A stretch of 63,939 nt of DNA, counting the filler, from Lenisia limosa (Eukaryota; Protista; Breviatea): NCBI GenBank assembly GCA_001655205.1. It is 10 parts of 10 records of this genome, joined end to end, with 100 filler letters (N's around TTAATTAATTAA, not from the genome) between each part and the next. Parts side by side here need not be neighbours in the genome. Positions count along the whole stretch, not along the records: positions 37,809 to 41,549 come from LPNZ01007889.1; positions 41,650 to 51,971 come from LPNZ01006710.1; positions 52,072 to 54,157 come from LPNZ01007634.1; 7 more parts are not named here. One strand, written 5' to 3'. Within the stretch, counting starts at the first letter, position 1, and each line of letters begins with the position of its first letter. Below the pieces are notes generated by a model. That model did no database searches, was not told the DNA's origin, and saw only the letters and a list, made by a program, of their open reading frames with translations. Shown here piece after piece: positions 39,689 to 52,896 of this stretch. The translations under genes were made by a program, and so were the position numbers.

Positions 39689-39887
39689 AGGTACTGTTTT
39701 ATTTTTGTACTTTTTCTTGGTTTTCGTTCCCTTCTCACCACTTAGGTCGTTGTAGTTTTTTGTGTGTTTTTTTCTTGGGAGTTTTAATTATTGTTTACGC
39801 TGTGTACATTATTCTAATCTGACAATGGAGGTATTTGTTTATTTTCAAAAAGTGACCATGTCATATTCGATGTACCGCGCTGGTGTG

Positions 39888-40022
39888 ACGGGATGCGGTG
39901 CTGCAGGAGCGTGGCCTGTACTTTGTGTTTTGTTGTTATCAACCCTTGTGTGTTGTCAGCCAACCGAGTTGATTGGCTTTTTGCTTCATCAATTTTCCAG
40001 TTTTACTCCCCCCCCCCCCCCC
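39888..40022 (+). repeat. R3 repeat, near full length
   Basis: GGGATGCGGTGCTGCAGGAGCG...TATCAACCCTTGTGTGTTGTCAGCCAACCGAGTTGATT...TTTTCCAGTTTTACTCCCCCC. Confidence 0.75.
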
Positions 40023-40149
40023 NNNNNNNNNNNNNNNNNNNNNNNNNNNNNNNNNNNNNNNNNNNNNNNNNNNNATAAGAAAAACTAATTGTAGAAAATT
40101 GGAGGGGGCTGGGGGTAGCGCTGATGTTCGGGGTGGTGGATGAACCTGG

Positions 40150-40743
40150 GATTGTCAGCATTGTGAATTAAAACCTACGGTGGAGTTTGGGGAGCAAGTC
40201 CACGGGACTGCATCATCATGATAAGATCGTGATCCTAATTGGTCAGGTTTGGACAGTCAAGTACATGGAATAAACACGTTCAAGCTGTCAAAGCACCGTG
40301 GTGAATTGTAACAGGCGAATAATGACCTGGCTTCACCCAATCTTGCGCCTTGCAACTCCGAGCATTTACCTTAGCTGTGAGGGCTGCCTGTAGTCTAATG
40401 CACTCCTCATAAACACGGGTCATTTTGGCGTTAGCGGTGTTGAGCTGCGTTTGCAGAGACAGGAAGGAGTCAAGTTGAGTCCTCGAAATTTGGACATACT
40501 AAAAGAATCAAATCATCGTTGAACACAATAATATGATTCTTAGGTATGATGATCCCACCTCCCCCGCTCTCACATCAGATGACGTTTCTTCTTGCGTCTC
40601 TTCTGCTTCCTCTTCGAGTTCTTCCTCGCATTCTTCCTCCACTTCCTCCTCTACTTCTTCGTCAACATTTGCATCATCTTCGACTTCTGCCTTAGCTTCA
40701 CTCTGGACCGCTTCCGTCTCAGCTGCCTCTGCTGCTTGCTCCT
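40150..40743 (-). CDS. Exons of an acidic/coiled-coil protein of unknown function
   Basis: AG|EQAAEAAETEAVQSEAK...EEEVEEE and YVQISRTQLDSFLSLQTQLNTANAKMTRVYEECIRLQAALTAK|GT. Confidence 0.4.
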
Positions 40744-42179
40744 GAGAGGTCAGGAAAAGTGGAAATGTGGAAATTAAATCAAGCCAAAGCTGTCCACTCC
40801 TTTACGTATGAAAGTGTAATACTCATATAGCTCCTTCATTTATCAGAAAAAGTTTTTAAAAAACTGAATTTTCCTTATTATATCCCAAGATCATTCTTTC
40901 AAAAAATAAAAAAGAAAGCGCAGCGCCCACCTCAACACTGGGCTCTTCCTTCTTGGGCTCTCCTGACGGTCTGGAGTGGTCAGCCAAAAGTAATATAATT
41001 AGTATTCTCATCACAATCCTTTGACTAGCCCGTGATTAAAGCATACAAATCGTTCTCCTTTATAAAGGACACCTGGGGGCCCGAAGCCGCCGCTCGAGTG
41101 AGAATGGATGAGGTGGTGGGGGTCGTCTGGGGGGTAATGGATTTAGGGGGGCAAAGAACATATCCAGTTGAGGCTGGCAACATTATTTGGAGATCCTTTC
41201 CCTTCCTTATACTTCATTTTGATGGGGGGAGGGGGCGATACCTAATAAACAACCCACTTTTCTCCAGGGACGTTCAGTTCGTTCAGCGTCAGTGGGCTTC
41301 TGCGAGGTCAGGGACTATTAATAATCACACCAAACTAATGAACTTTCAGTATGCAACACGAGAGTAGTTTAGAGAATGAACATATCTGATATTATGGCAC
41401 CGCAACAAATTCATATATCTATCACTATCCCATAATCTAAATTCTAGAGTTCTCTAATTATATACATACATACAATCATATAAATTTTAAAAAAAAAGCA
41501 TCGAAAACAAGCAGACCTTCTTTGTGTACACGCGGCCATAACCCTCGAGNNNNNNNNNNNNNNNNNNNNNNNNNNNNNNNNNNNNNNNNNNNNTTAATTA
41601 ATTAANNNNNNNNNNNNNNNNNNNNNNNNNNNNNNNNNNNNNNNNNNNNATGGAGATCCGGCGGTTGACTGTACAAAAAGAAAAACTTGTTGATCCCTTG
41701 TAGAAGAAGCAACACCAAAGCATGTGGATGTTTGTGAAGAAGGCAACAAAATCCGGCCAACTGCTTGTGACCATCCCGTCCCTGGAGGTGTCGTTTGAAA
41801 GAGGAGATGTGGGGTATTTTAAGTAAGAAAAATTCATGAAATACACAAGGATACATGGGGTACTAATTCGCCAAGTGTTCTACTGGTGGATAAAACCCCT
41901 TAACCCCAATTCAAAAACCACAAGTGTTTCTGACCCAGTTAGGTTGACATGGACCTGAGCAAGTGGGTAGAGGAAATGCCGACCCCCGAAACGCATGGCG
42001 AATTTGAATTCGAAGATGTCCATCTGTACAAGGTCTTGTAACTAGTGTATCTAATGCTGGTCTCTATGGTAATCTAAGGTTGTTTGGTTTTTTTTCGTGA
42101 TTCTGTTGATACAAGTTTTTTGTCGGTATAGCTTGTCCGATAGCATTAAAACTTGTCACAGAGTAGTAATATGTGATGT

Positions 42180-43140
42180 AATTCAAAAGAATAAACCAAC
42201 TATTTCGCACGTATCAATACATGCTGCACCCTTCTCAATGAGGTACTCCAAGTTACAAAGTTACCACTCTCAGCGGCAAGGGATAGTATGCTGTGCCACT
42301 GAAGAGTTTAATATCATGCTGATAAAATGGTTTCAAATTTGTCGCTGAGAGATATCATACGCCACACATCATATTCTCAACAACTATACATACATTCCCA
42401 ACACATTTATACGGTCACTTTGGTACGAAACCAAGGCTGTACCAAAAGTACATCTAATGACCAAGAATACTCCTTAGTATCAAAAATTTATTATCAATAT
42501 AGTATAGTAAATGCAACTTTTTACAACTGAATAATTTGCTTATAGTAACTTAGATTCTTCATAAGTGCTAAATTTTAGAACAGACCTTTTTTGATGTAAT
42601 ATTTGATTATAAAATAAATTTAAATAATTAAACATCAATCAAGGTTTCCCGGTTGGTAGCGGAAAAGATTTCTTGAATTTTCTCCCCTTCTATTCAGTCA
42701 AAAAAAAGTATTTGAGAAGTATCATTCATATTGTAGTTACATAGTACGAGCTTATGTTTCCAGTTTTTACCAAATGGTTTTTAAAAATCATAATATTTAT
42801 TCAATCATTATAAGATTTATTGAAAACTCAACACAACACATGATCCTTTGTTAAACAGTACCCATTAACTGAAAGTTCGGTGACGAAAAAATGATGATCA
42901 CTAACAACAGGGACATTGACGATATCTTCATCAAACTCAAGCACAGTTTCAAAATGGCCTTGTTTGCATGCCAAGGCTAAGGGATTATTCACGTCATCTA
43001 TTGGAAAACAAATCGAAACTCAGCAATATCTCGGCAACTGCTCCAACACCTTTGAAGCAAGACCAAGCAAGAGGAAAACGCACTCTGGACCTCACACGGG
43101 GACTCGGGTGGGTGAGGAAAACGGAAACCAAGGAAACTAA
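42180..43140 (-). CDS. Ankyrin-repeat protein (one apparent frameshift near 42250), head-to-head with the PfkB gene
   Basis: PLAWSCFKGVGAVAEILL, a 22-nt GT-AG intron at 42998-43019, NNPLALACKQGHFETVL and SILSLAAESGN..LEYLIEKG. Confidence 0.6.
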
Positions 43141-43249
43141 AAGATGACAGATATAAAATCAGTGAATTTAATGTGAACCTTTGTCATCAACACACGGGGG
43201 GTTAAAATCAAAAATTTGAAATTTTTTTCCTCTCCTCTTATTGACAGAA

Positions 43250-46103
43250 ATGCCGCCTCATGTTGTCTGTTTAGGAGTCTCAACAGTGGATGTGGTCGCT
43301 GCAGTACCGGTGTTCCCCTCACCAGATTCTAAGGTTGGCAATCGTGGCGCCTCTTGCTTCTTCTCACAAATAGATTCGCACAAATGGGCCGCTGAAGGTG
43401 TCTGGAGGGGGAAATGCCTCGAATGTTGCTGTGAACCTTTCACGTTGGCGGGGTTTTTTTGTCGGGATCTTCCAGTTGATTATTATATGAAAGCTGAATA
43501 GTTGCTTAAAATTTGAGTGAGTTAGATTTAGCTTTCGTACTCTTTTCTCTTTTAAGCTGGCAGGAAAAGGGGTGTTATGGGCTTACTTATTCTGTAGGAC
43601 AGTTTCTTTTTCAAGTAAGAGAGTTGTCTCACTATCTGAAGCACACATTTATTGATAACCTTTGCCTCTTCCATGCCTTTTTCAATTTGATTTGCAAAAC
43701 TATAATAATAAACATATATCACTCCAACGAGGGCCAATTCTTCAACAGTTTCCGAGAAAATTATCCGACTTAAACCATGCTTCAATCACATCTTTAAGTC
43801 AAAACGTATTTGTCTTCTGAGCTTTTGAGCCATTTCTTCTCATTCCGCAGGTGCCGGATGTAGGGTTTCGCTGGTTTCCCAAGTTGGTCTTGATCCCTGG
43901 GGCAAGTTTGCTCTTGAAGACATGAAAAAGGTGGGGGGGGGGTGACTGGAAATATAATTGAGAGNNNNNNNNNNNNNNNNNNNNNNNNNNNNNNNNNNNN
44001 NNNNNNNNNNNNNNNNNNNNATAGGAGAGGGGTGGGTGAGTTTGTAAGCAAGATGAGGTCCAAGCAAAGTTGGAGCCAACACCCCCACCACAGTCACTTC
44101 GGTTCGAAAAAAAGACAATTCTCGATAAATCCTTGAAAACTCGATATTTTACAAGTCTTTTTCGAACCGAAGTGAATCCCTAGTGAAGATACTATAGTAC
44201 GTAGAGTTATTTTGGGAGCTGAGATTCAATGAACGTTTGGTATTTATCCTACATTAACTCTTGGATTTCCCTTATAATTATCCTCAGGCAGGAGTCAACG
44301 TTGACAATGTGATTGAAAAGGGCTCCACTGCGTTTAGTTACGTCATTTCAGAGGAGGTGCGCATGGGGAAAGGGTAATGTCAGAAGGATTTTTTGGGATT
44401 TCCTCTCTTTTCGGAAGTTATAGTTACCTCATATTGTTTCTCCACACAAAAAGTTGGTATTATTATGTCATTACTCTTTTCAAGAAATGAGGGGTAGCAT
44501 TTTGAAGCTGTTTATAACTATAACAGAAGGCCGACTCCAGAACATGTATCCACACCCCCGGAGATGAGTTAGAGTTGGGTGGGATGGACTGCATTGGGGG
44601 TGTTGATGACTTGGAGCGAAACAATATGAATCACCCCCCCCGCACCACCCCCATTTTCTATTTCTTACAAGTTATATTTTTCCAGTAACATTAGATTTAT
44701 ACGATCAAGAATAACCCTATTTCCTCCAGCGTATCGATAACAGATGGCGTGGAACTTCTTGGCGCCGACGCGCTCTATTTGGACTGTCGACACCCAAAAG
44801 CGGCAATACGACTCGCACAACGAGCTGTGGTATGCTGGGGTTTGCCTGTGGTTGCGGTGGTATGTTGGAATTGTGTAGGTTGTTGTAACATGCTGGGGTT
44901 TGCGTGTGGTTGTGTGGACACAATCACCCTCATTCTCAAATAGAGCAGAAATAGCATATCAATGTTTTCCTTATTTTTATCTTTCTGTTACTTATCATTT
45001 CAACGATTTCTATAACTCTTTGTTTTTTTTTTTGGGGGGAGGGGAGATTAAACGTGAAGGTCTTTTCACAGAATTATTCCAATTTTGGTGAATATCACTC
45101 ACGTTTTAGGCCATGGAGATTCCCATCTTCCTCGATGTGGAGAAGCCACGTGAAGGTTAGCAGTTCACTTCTCCACAAAATTGGTAGTAGAAATTCTAAC
45201 TGTGGATGGGTGAAAGGAAGAAACTTACTTCATTCATCTATCGTAACCTTTTTTCTTTGTCGCAGACCATATCCCCACTTTCTTTCAACATCTCAGCAGT
45301 TCTCATTTTTAGGTCTGTCCACTCTGTTAGCTATGGCAGATATGGTGCAATTTTCAGCTGAATACCTCGAAATGAGATTTAACGGTAGGGGGGTACTATT
45401 CTATGGGTGCGGTATTGAACCTTACGATCACTCAATCGAAACCATCTTTTTCATCTATTTATCGTGTGTTCGTGGAGTCCTCCTGTTTCTGTCGTATTCT
45501 GTGGGTGTTTTTTTGTAGTCAACCGCTGGATCTCTCAGTTTCAATATCTCTAATAAGCGTGATGGTGTGGATGGCTTCGGCTATATACAACCTTATTTTT
45601 TATTTCTCATTGCTATATATTTAGCCAACTTAACTACTACCATTAACCAGCTTTTCTGTCCAATATTATTTCGCTTACATTACATTATTTTTACCTAATT
45701 TTAACACCTTTCATTAACCTTTACATTTCCACCAACTTTGCTGCCAACCCACTCCAATTTTTTTGTGAAACCAGTATTAAACAGGGTTTCACTTTCGATT
45801 CCAGACAAAGACTGAATCCTCGATAAATCCTCAAAACTTCCTCGATAAATATCCATATTTTGTCAGTTTTTTGGAACCGAAAGTGAAGCTCTCATATTAA
45901 GCAACCTTTGTTTGTTTTGTTGTTATGAATCGTAATATTAATAGTATTTGGTTTTGTTTTTGTTTCATAGATTTTCCAATTTCACCCCCCCCCCCACAGA
46001 TGACATCACCAATTTGGCCAACGCCCTGGTCATGGCAACGCCCTCAACGGCGCGATGGGGAGTGGCCACTCTTGGGGACGAAGGCGCCTTGTTGTATGTT
46101 AAG
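43250..46103 (+). CDS. PfkB-family carbohydrate kinase (ketohexokinase/sulfofructokinase-like), 3' end not recovered
   Basis: Nine exons give MPPHVVCLGVSTVDVVAAVPVFPSPDSK, GGGNASNVAVNLSR, LVSQVGLDPWG, TAFSYVI, SRTCIHTPG, LYLDCRHPKAA, IPIFLDVEKPRE, ADMVQFSAEY and VATLGDEGALL. Confidence 0.88.
44094..44182. mobile_element. Family H MITE in a PfkB intron
   Basis: TCACTTCGGTTCGAAAAAAAGAC...GTCTTTTTCGAACCGAAGTGAATCCCTA. Confidence 0.8.
45782..45893. mobile_element. Family H MITE with degenerate 8-bp TSD
   Basis: CAGGGTTTCACTTTCG...CCGAAAGTGAAGCTCTC. Flanks GTATTAAA / ATATTAAG (6/8). Confidence 0.75.
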
Positions 46104-49100
46104 GTAGGCGCGATGGGGAGTGGGGATTTTGGTTCAGTACATGTTCAGAGAGAGGGGCGGTTAAGATTTTGATTCTGATGTAAATGAGACCCCCTTGGGG
46201 TATTATTGTGTACTTAATCTCTTTATTGGGATTTTATGGCCTATTTTTTGTGAATCTGGGTAATTTACTTAATATTTTTGATGGACTGTTTTCTACAATG
46301 GGGGTGCCTTTTTGTATGTCAAGATTGTAGTCCCAAGTTAGTTGATTTTGATTCTTTTTTTTTGCTCCAATAATTATCCATGTCATCACCGCCCCGCCCC
46401 GCCCCNNNNNNNNNNNNNNNNNNNNNNNNNNNNNNNNNNNNNNNNNNNNNNNNNNNNNNNNNNNNNNNNNNNNNNNNNNNNNNNNNNNNNNNNNNNNNNN
46501 NNNNNNNNNNNNNNNNNNNNNNNNNNNNNNNNNNNNNNNNNNNNNNNNNNNNNNNNNNNNNNNNNNNNNTTTTTGTTTGTTTTTTAAATTATCCAATTTT
46601 ACTCCCCCCACCCCCAGCAAACCTCTTTCGACCCGCTGTCGCCCTCCGTTCTCAATGCCGACACCATACCCTCCCCTGACACTGTACCACCTATGCCTTT
46701 TCTCCCCGGTTAGCTCATATCCCACACACACACATCGTTTGTTATTGCTTGTTTTTTTTTTGTTTGAGTTTTAGATTATTCGGTTCGTGATCAATAATTT
46801 CTCCATTAGAGTTGCCCCCCCCCCTCTTTGTTTCATTAGTTTTNNNNNNNNNNNNNNNNNNNNNNNNNNNNNNNNNNNNNNNNNNNNNNNNNNNNNNNNN
46901 NNNNNNNNNNNNNATTCCTTGCCAAAAAGTCCTACGAGTTTTCCGGGGCCTTCATGAAGAGCATTTCCTCTGGACAGCAGTTCACACCAAGCTTCCTAAC
47001 TTCACAGGTGGGTGGATTCGATTCAAAACTGGTCATGATAATTAATAATGAGTCTCAAATAACAGTCGAAAATGGCAAAAATACATGGGTACACCTTGTT
47101 TGCGACATATGCTATGCAGTAATAATTAATAATATATATTGGAATTCCATTGAAGTTGTTTTTACCTCGCATTTCTTCCGTAACATGGAAACCTAACCCT
47201 CTGTTTTTCGCAAAAACAAGAAGAATTGATTTCCTCCAGAAAGTGTAATTTTTCCGTTCTCAGATTATCTTCAAAATCTCAAAATACCAGCATGCACTGT
47301 ATCACCTTCCAGCTCCAGCATCACTACACAATATTTCACTAACTCAAACACAAACATTTATCTGTTTCGGTCTTTGCTAGAATTTTTGTATTCCTAGATT
47401 TTGTCGACCACGAAATTCTTAACTTGTCAGATTTTCTCGAATATCACGACGTGGACGCTCAATGGCGCCAATTGGCACGAATGCAAGCAGCCGAAGCCCT
47501 CTAAGCCCGCCGCCGCACCTCAATCGTTTGCGTGGTTCTTTTTAAGTTACTTGGTCGTATTTTTAGCATCAAACCTTCTTAGCTGTCAAACTTTTCATAT
47601 ATCTTCTACATATCGATATATAATATATTCTATAAATTGTGATAGCAGTTGCAGATTAGTTGATCTTGTACAATAATAGTGTATCCAGCGCCCCCCTAAT
47701 TTTTACAAAATTAGATCCCCGTCATCCCCCCTACGCTCAGCCAACCCCTTCGCGTCAATGATGGCGTCGTCGCCAACTGCCAAGCCACGAAGGGCCTCCT
47801 TGAGAGATGTCACCCCCACTTCTAGACGTGAGAGGGGGGGCAATTCAAGAAGAAAATAAACAGGGGATTTGTTAATTAAGGTGACTCAGTCCTTTTTTAC
47901 TTGCGCCATTTTTCAATATTTTTTTAGCAAAATAAAAAAAGGACTGAACCACATTTTAGAAGAAAATTGACGGGGGGAAGGGGGATGAAAAGCATGATTT
48001 GCATCAAACAAACATCACCTCCTCAGNNNNNNNNNNNNNNNNNNNNNNNNNNNNNNNNNNNNNNNNNNNNNNNNNNNNNNNNNNNNNNNNNNNNNNNNNN
48101 NNNNNNNNNNNNNNNNGGAAGATTCTTTTTTTCTCTTTGTTTCTGTTTTTCATATTTAACTTTACTCCCTCAGCCTCAACCCCCACAAAAACGAAGAAAA
48201 CTGCGCTGCCCTCTTGGCGTATTCACCATATCCCAGCCGCCCATCCAAAAGAGGTTAGTAAAGTGGATACATTATATATTTTTCCTTTTGGTTTATTTCT
48301 GATCTCTGCATACTTGTCAGAGAATAGGGTCGTAAAATAATATCAATTTGTTTAACGCTTTCGTTTCCAAGACATATGAGTTATCGAAAATTTTCGCGGG
48401 TTTCTTGAACAACCAGACTTCTTATGGAGTCTACCGCGAATGGAAGAACCGGGCAATGTGATTATAACCAACCTCTTCACGGTCAATGGATCAAAGTGAT
48501 CAATTAGAATTCTAACACCAAAAAATGAACAACAATGACAATCTTCTAAATTTAAATTTGATATGGTATGTTCTTTTCCAACCATTCTCTGTAGTGGTCA
48601 AAGCGTGGTAGACCCTTTACACATTCCAGTGTGGTGTTACGGCAAAAGGGCCTAGAAAAATTAAAGGAAGTATATGCAACAAAAAACAGATCTATAAAGT
48701 TTAAATATAGTGGAGTCCGATTGAGGAAGCTTGCTGTTCTAAACAACATTATAACGGAAGTGAAGCTCTGGTTTTTTTAAAACCTTTTCATTTTTTATCT
48801 TGTCACAAATTATCTCACCTTCTTTTGGTATTATCTTGCTACTTGTTTTCCCGAAGAAAGGCGGACCACCAAGTTGTCATGTTGCACAATACCATCACCC
48901 TCTCCCTCTAAATTTATTCATATTTACCGTGGTACTGTTTATCCCAACCTTAGGTGAACGGGTCTGTTGGCGCTGGTGACGTGTTCTTTGCCTGTGAGAG
49001 GAGGGGTTATTTCATTCTACCAAAAAAAAAATGGTTTTGCTGATATTTATTCCATTTTTTTTTATCCAGGGTGGTCATTGCCTGTAGGGGGGGGGGTGAC

Positions 49101-50591
49101 TAAAAGAAAGGGAGAGGTTATGAACAAGAAAAACAAAATGGGGTGGGTAATGTCAATATTGCTCTAAAACACAAAATTGTAGGCTTACACATTCCAGATC
49201 TTCTTGCTGGTATTTGCGGCTCCTTCCCCCCAGTCTCTGACGGCGTTGACCAAGAGACCAGTTTAAGTGGGTGGTGGTGGGTGGCATTCATAGCACTTTT
49301 TTCGAAGTCGTACTCAGCTATACTCGGTGTGATGCATCTGTTCATTCCTAATCGAAAGTTAGCAGTTTGATCATACCTTTTGTGGATATAGCGCACCAGT
49401 TCGACTTAAAAGGCAGAATACCCCCCCCCCCCTTTTTTTTTTNNNNNNNNNNNNNNNNNNNNNNNNNNNNNNNNNNNNNNNNNNNNNNNNNNNNNNNNNN
49501 NNNNNNNNNNNNNNNNNNNNNNNNNNNNNNNNNNNTTTGACCCCCTTGTTTGATTGTCCAGCGGCTTTGACACCAGCTGAATCGTCTGCCTACGCTGCCA
49601 TGGCTGGTTCATGCCATGTTGCCTCAGATATGGTAGGCATATGAGGGAATGTCAAGGATATGGAATGGTGGGCATCATATATGATGGTTATTTTTGGGAT
49701 GCATATGATGGGTATTTGAGAGGGAATATCAAGGATACGGGTATTGAATGGATTGGTGAGAAGTTTATGGAAGCTCATGTTGCCTCGTATATTATGGGTG
49801 TTTAAGGATACATTGTGAGTACTTAACGTTAATCTGAAGGATATGGTGGTCATGTCCTGCTGTCTCGGATATGTTAAGGATGATTAGGGGACATGGTGGT
49901 GGTTATATGTACGATTTAAGAGAAACTGTGAGAGAAAATGAGTCGGTTCTTTTGAAAAACTTACCTAATCAGGTGCGCGGTGCAGCACCACGGAGTTGTG
50001 ATATCACAAAAACGCTCAAATACGAGATAGCGGAGGTTTACTAATTGTTTTGTGCATTATTATGGTTTTGGTTTATGTTTTGTTTGTATTATTAACTGTT
50101 TCTGATGTTCATTGAGGTAATATCAGACAGTTGGCAGTTCTCCTAAAATTACGAAAGATATACGCCCGCCCGGCCACGTGGGGTGGTGGTAGGAATATGC
50201 CGGGGCGCGCAGAACGATTCGGGTAGATATTATTAATATGGGGTTATCTAATATCTAAATATTTTTGGCTTCGGCAACCTTGTTTTTTCCATTGCATAGA
50301 GCATTGACTTGGGATTCTGTTGAAGAATTCCTTTTTCAATTATGGGAAATCGGGTCAATGCGCCGCAGTGTTTGAAATATCTCTACATATTACCAAATCT
50401 GTGGATGGTCGGGGTGTGGATACGGGTGTGGACCCATGAAGGAGTATCCATCCTTAGAGGAAACACTAATTCTTCACTGTAAGAGAAAAAAAAAAAAAAA
50501 CGTAACAAAAATTCCTTTTCACCAAAATTCCTAGAAANNNNNNNNNNNNNNNNNNNNNNNNNNNNNNNNNNNNNNNNNNNNNNNNNNNNNN

Positions 50592-50710
50592 TAACGCGCG
50601 GGCCTTCGGTGTCACGTCATCAATCTTCCATATATGGCAAGTCCATTCCCTGCTGTTTCCAAGAGGGGAGGCTTCTGGAGATGGTGGATTTCGCGAGGCC
50701 ATCTGAGCAT
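50592..50710 (-). CDS. Possible N-terminal exon of a MATH-domain protein
   Basis: MASRNPPSPEASPLGNSREWTCHIWKIDDV resembles the MATH 'h.W.I..f' start. Runs into a gap. Confidence 0.22.
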
Positions 50711-51130
50711 GACAAGTTGTTGATTTTGGAACATAAAAAATAAAATCTGAGATATGCAAAGCTTAGATCTGAGCCGTAGCAGCGGTCTTTGGATATAATG
50801 CCTCCTCTCCGACAGAAAACAATACTCAGTTTAACCACCCCTCCAACCGACACTGCCGCGTAACACGCCAGGAAACGGCCACACAGCGCCTCTACTGAAA
50901 GTCCTGGTGGGTGGGTGTAAAAAAAACGAAAAAAAAGTGTATCCCCCCCCCCCCCNNNNNNNNNNNNNNNNNNNNNNNNNNNNNNNNNNNNNNNNNNNNN
51001 NNNNNNNNNNNNNNNNNNNNNNNNNNNNNNNNNNNNNNNNNNNNNNNNNNNNNNNNNNNNNNNNGAGTGATCATTTGGGCTATGACGTCACTTTCAAGAG
51101 TCTCCGTTTCAAGAAGCAATGATGCTGCCT

Positions 51131-51262
51131 TGGGGGGAGGGGGTAAAATTGGAAAATATATGAAACAAAAAAAAAACAAACCCAAATCAACTCTGTTTAC
51201 TGACAACACACAAGGGTTGATAACAACAAAGCAGACAAAGCTCAAGCCAGTCGCTTCTGCAG
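51131..51262 (-). repeat. R3 repeat ending at a candidate acceptor
   Basis: Full R3 core. The minus strand ends in a pyrimidine/C-rich tract followed by AAG. Confidence 0.7.
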
Positions 51263-51534
51263 ATCAAATTGAATATCGTAGAGGTTATCTTCCTATCCAT
51301 GGTTTATGGGCACATTTCAAATTATCATTGAAAATCACCCCTCGGCCCCCACCTTGGCGTAAGACAGGGGTTCAGGGACAGCGTCTTGATTGCGGTGGTG
51401 TTTTCGTCGGACAGGGAAAATGGCGCGAATGGCTTCAACCTTTTTTGGTCTAAAGTATTGGAAAAGCAGAGATGGAAATGCATTCAAAAAATCCACAAAA
51501 CCCCCCATTTGCCAACCAGACTCCCTCTCACCAC

Positions 51535-51606
51535 TTGGGCTTCACTTAATTTCACGATAAATTATCGATATTTCACGGGGCTTTTTCAAACTGAAGTGAA
51601 GCCCAA
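51535..51606. mobile_element. Family H MITE, internally deleted
   Basis: TTGGGCTTCACTT...CTGAAGTGAAGCCCAA. Confidence 0.7.
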
Positions 51607-52467
51607 TTTCCCACAATAGTAATTCTCCCCTGCATGTCTCAATACCCCCCCACAGCAACAAAAGGCCCAGACTATGGTACCATGCCGGCTGGCTGATTTG
51701 GGCTCGGAGAGATAGAATTTGCCGGTGTTGGTCACCCTCAGTTTCAGATAATAATACCTGGGGGAAGGGGGGGGGATAAAAATAGACAATTTTTGAAAAT
51801 AAAACAAAACATAGAAGTAACTGAGTGAAAGGGGGGATTGAAATATTTGTAAAATAAAAGGCAACAATGTGGGCCATTCCCTACAGTTCCCAATTTATCC
51901 ACAAAAAGACCATCGTTCACCCCCTCCCCCCCCAACCGAAGCCCCCAGAAGATGGCATGCTGCCATGAGTCNNNNNNNNNNNNNNNNNNNNNNNNNNNNN
52001 NNNNNNNNNNNNNNNTTAATTAATTAANNNNNNNNNNNNNNNNNNNNNNNNNNNNNNNNNNNNNNNNNNNNCACCACTCCACACAGTATTCTTTATCGAT
52101 ATTTCGTTTACCAGCCAACTTGAGTTGATTTTGGGCTTTTTTTTTTTTTCTTCCCATTTACCCCCCTTTTTTTTTATTCATAATTTGCCAATTTTTCCAG
52201 TGATGGGATGAAATGCTGTGAGTTTTGTTTGTTTTCAACTCTCGTGTGTTGACAGAGTTGTTTTTTNNNNNNNNNNNNNNNNNNNNNNNNNNNNNNNNNN
52301 NNNNNNNNNNNNNNNNNNNNNNNNNNNNNNNNNNNNNNNNNNNNNNNNNNNNNNNNNNNNNNNNNNNNNNNNNNNNNNNNNNNNNNNNNNNNNNNNNNNN
52401 NNNNNNNNNNNNNNNNNNNNNNNNNNTTATTAACGCCCATCTCTCAGGTGCGAATCTAGGGTTCTAC

Positions 52468-52566
52468 TTGGGCTTCCCTACGTCCCAAAAAAGACTGAAT
52501 TTCTCGATAAATCCTCGATAAGTATCGATATTATAATGGTCTTTTTCGGACCGTAGGGAAGCCCTA
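52468..52566. mobile_element. Family H MITE (GGGCTTCCCTAC subfamily)
   Basis: TTGGGCTTCCCTACGTCCCAAAAAAGAC...GTCTTTTTCGGACCGTAGGGAAGCCCTA. Confidence 0.8.
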
Positions 52567-52896
52567 GGTACATTGAATACATTATGAGTGCCTCATCCAC
52601 GCCCACCTCTCAGGTGCGAATATGGGGCACATTACATACCATATGATATGATATAGTCTTATGTGCGAATAGGAAGTAAAAAATATAGCATCTTATTTGA
52701 GAATACTAAATACAATCATTTTGCTCATAAAAAGTATAAAAATGTAATCTATAAAAAGTATTATAATATAACCTAGGGGATATATAAGTTTCACATACTT
52801 TGATATTTATATCGATATGATATGATATAATCCAGGGATGTCAACACGCAGTATATTTTGTTGGTTTTATAAATTTTCCGTTTTTACTCCCCCCAG

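Noticed and set aside
40533-40777. Ser-rich plus-strand ORFs
   Set aside because: Antisense shadow of the Glu-rich minus-strand exon.
49620-49910. C-poor degenerate repeat (AAGGATATGGTGG-like units) and its 64-aa ORF
   Set aside because: Low-complexity intronic or intergenic sequence with no consistent unit or family motif.
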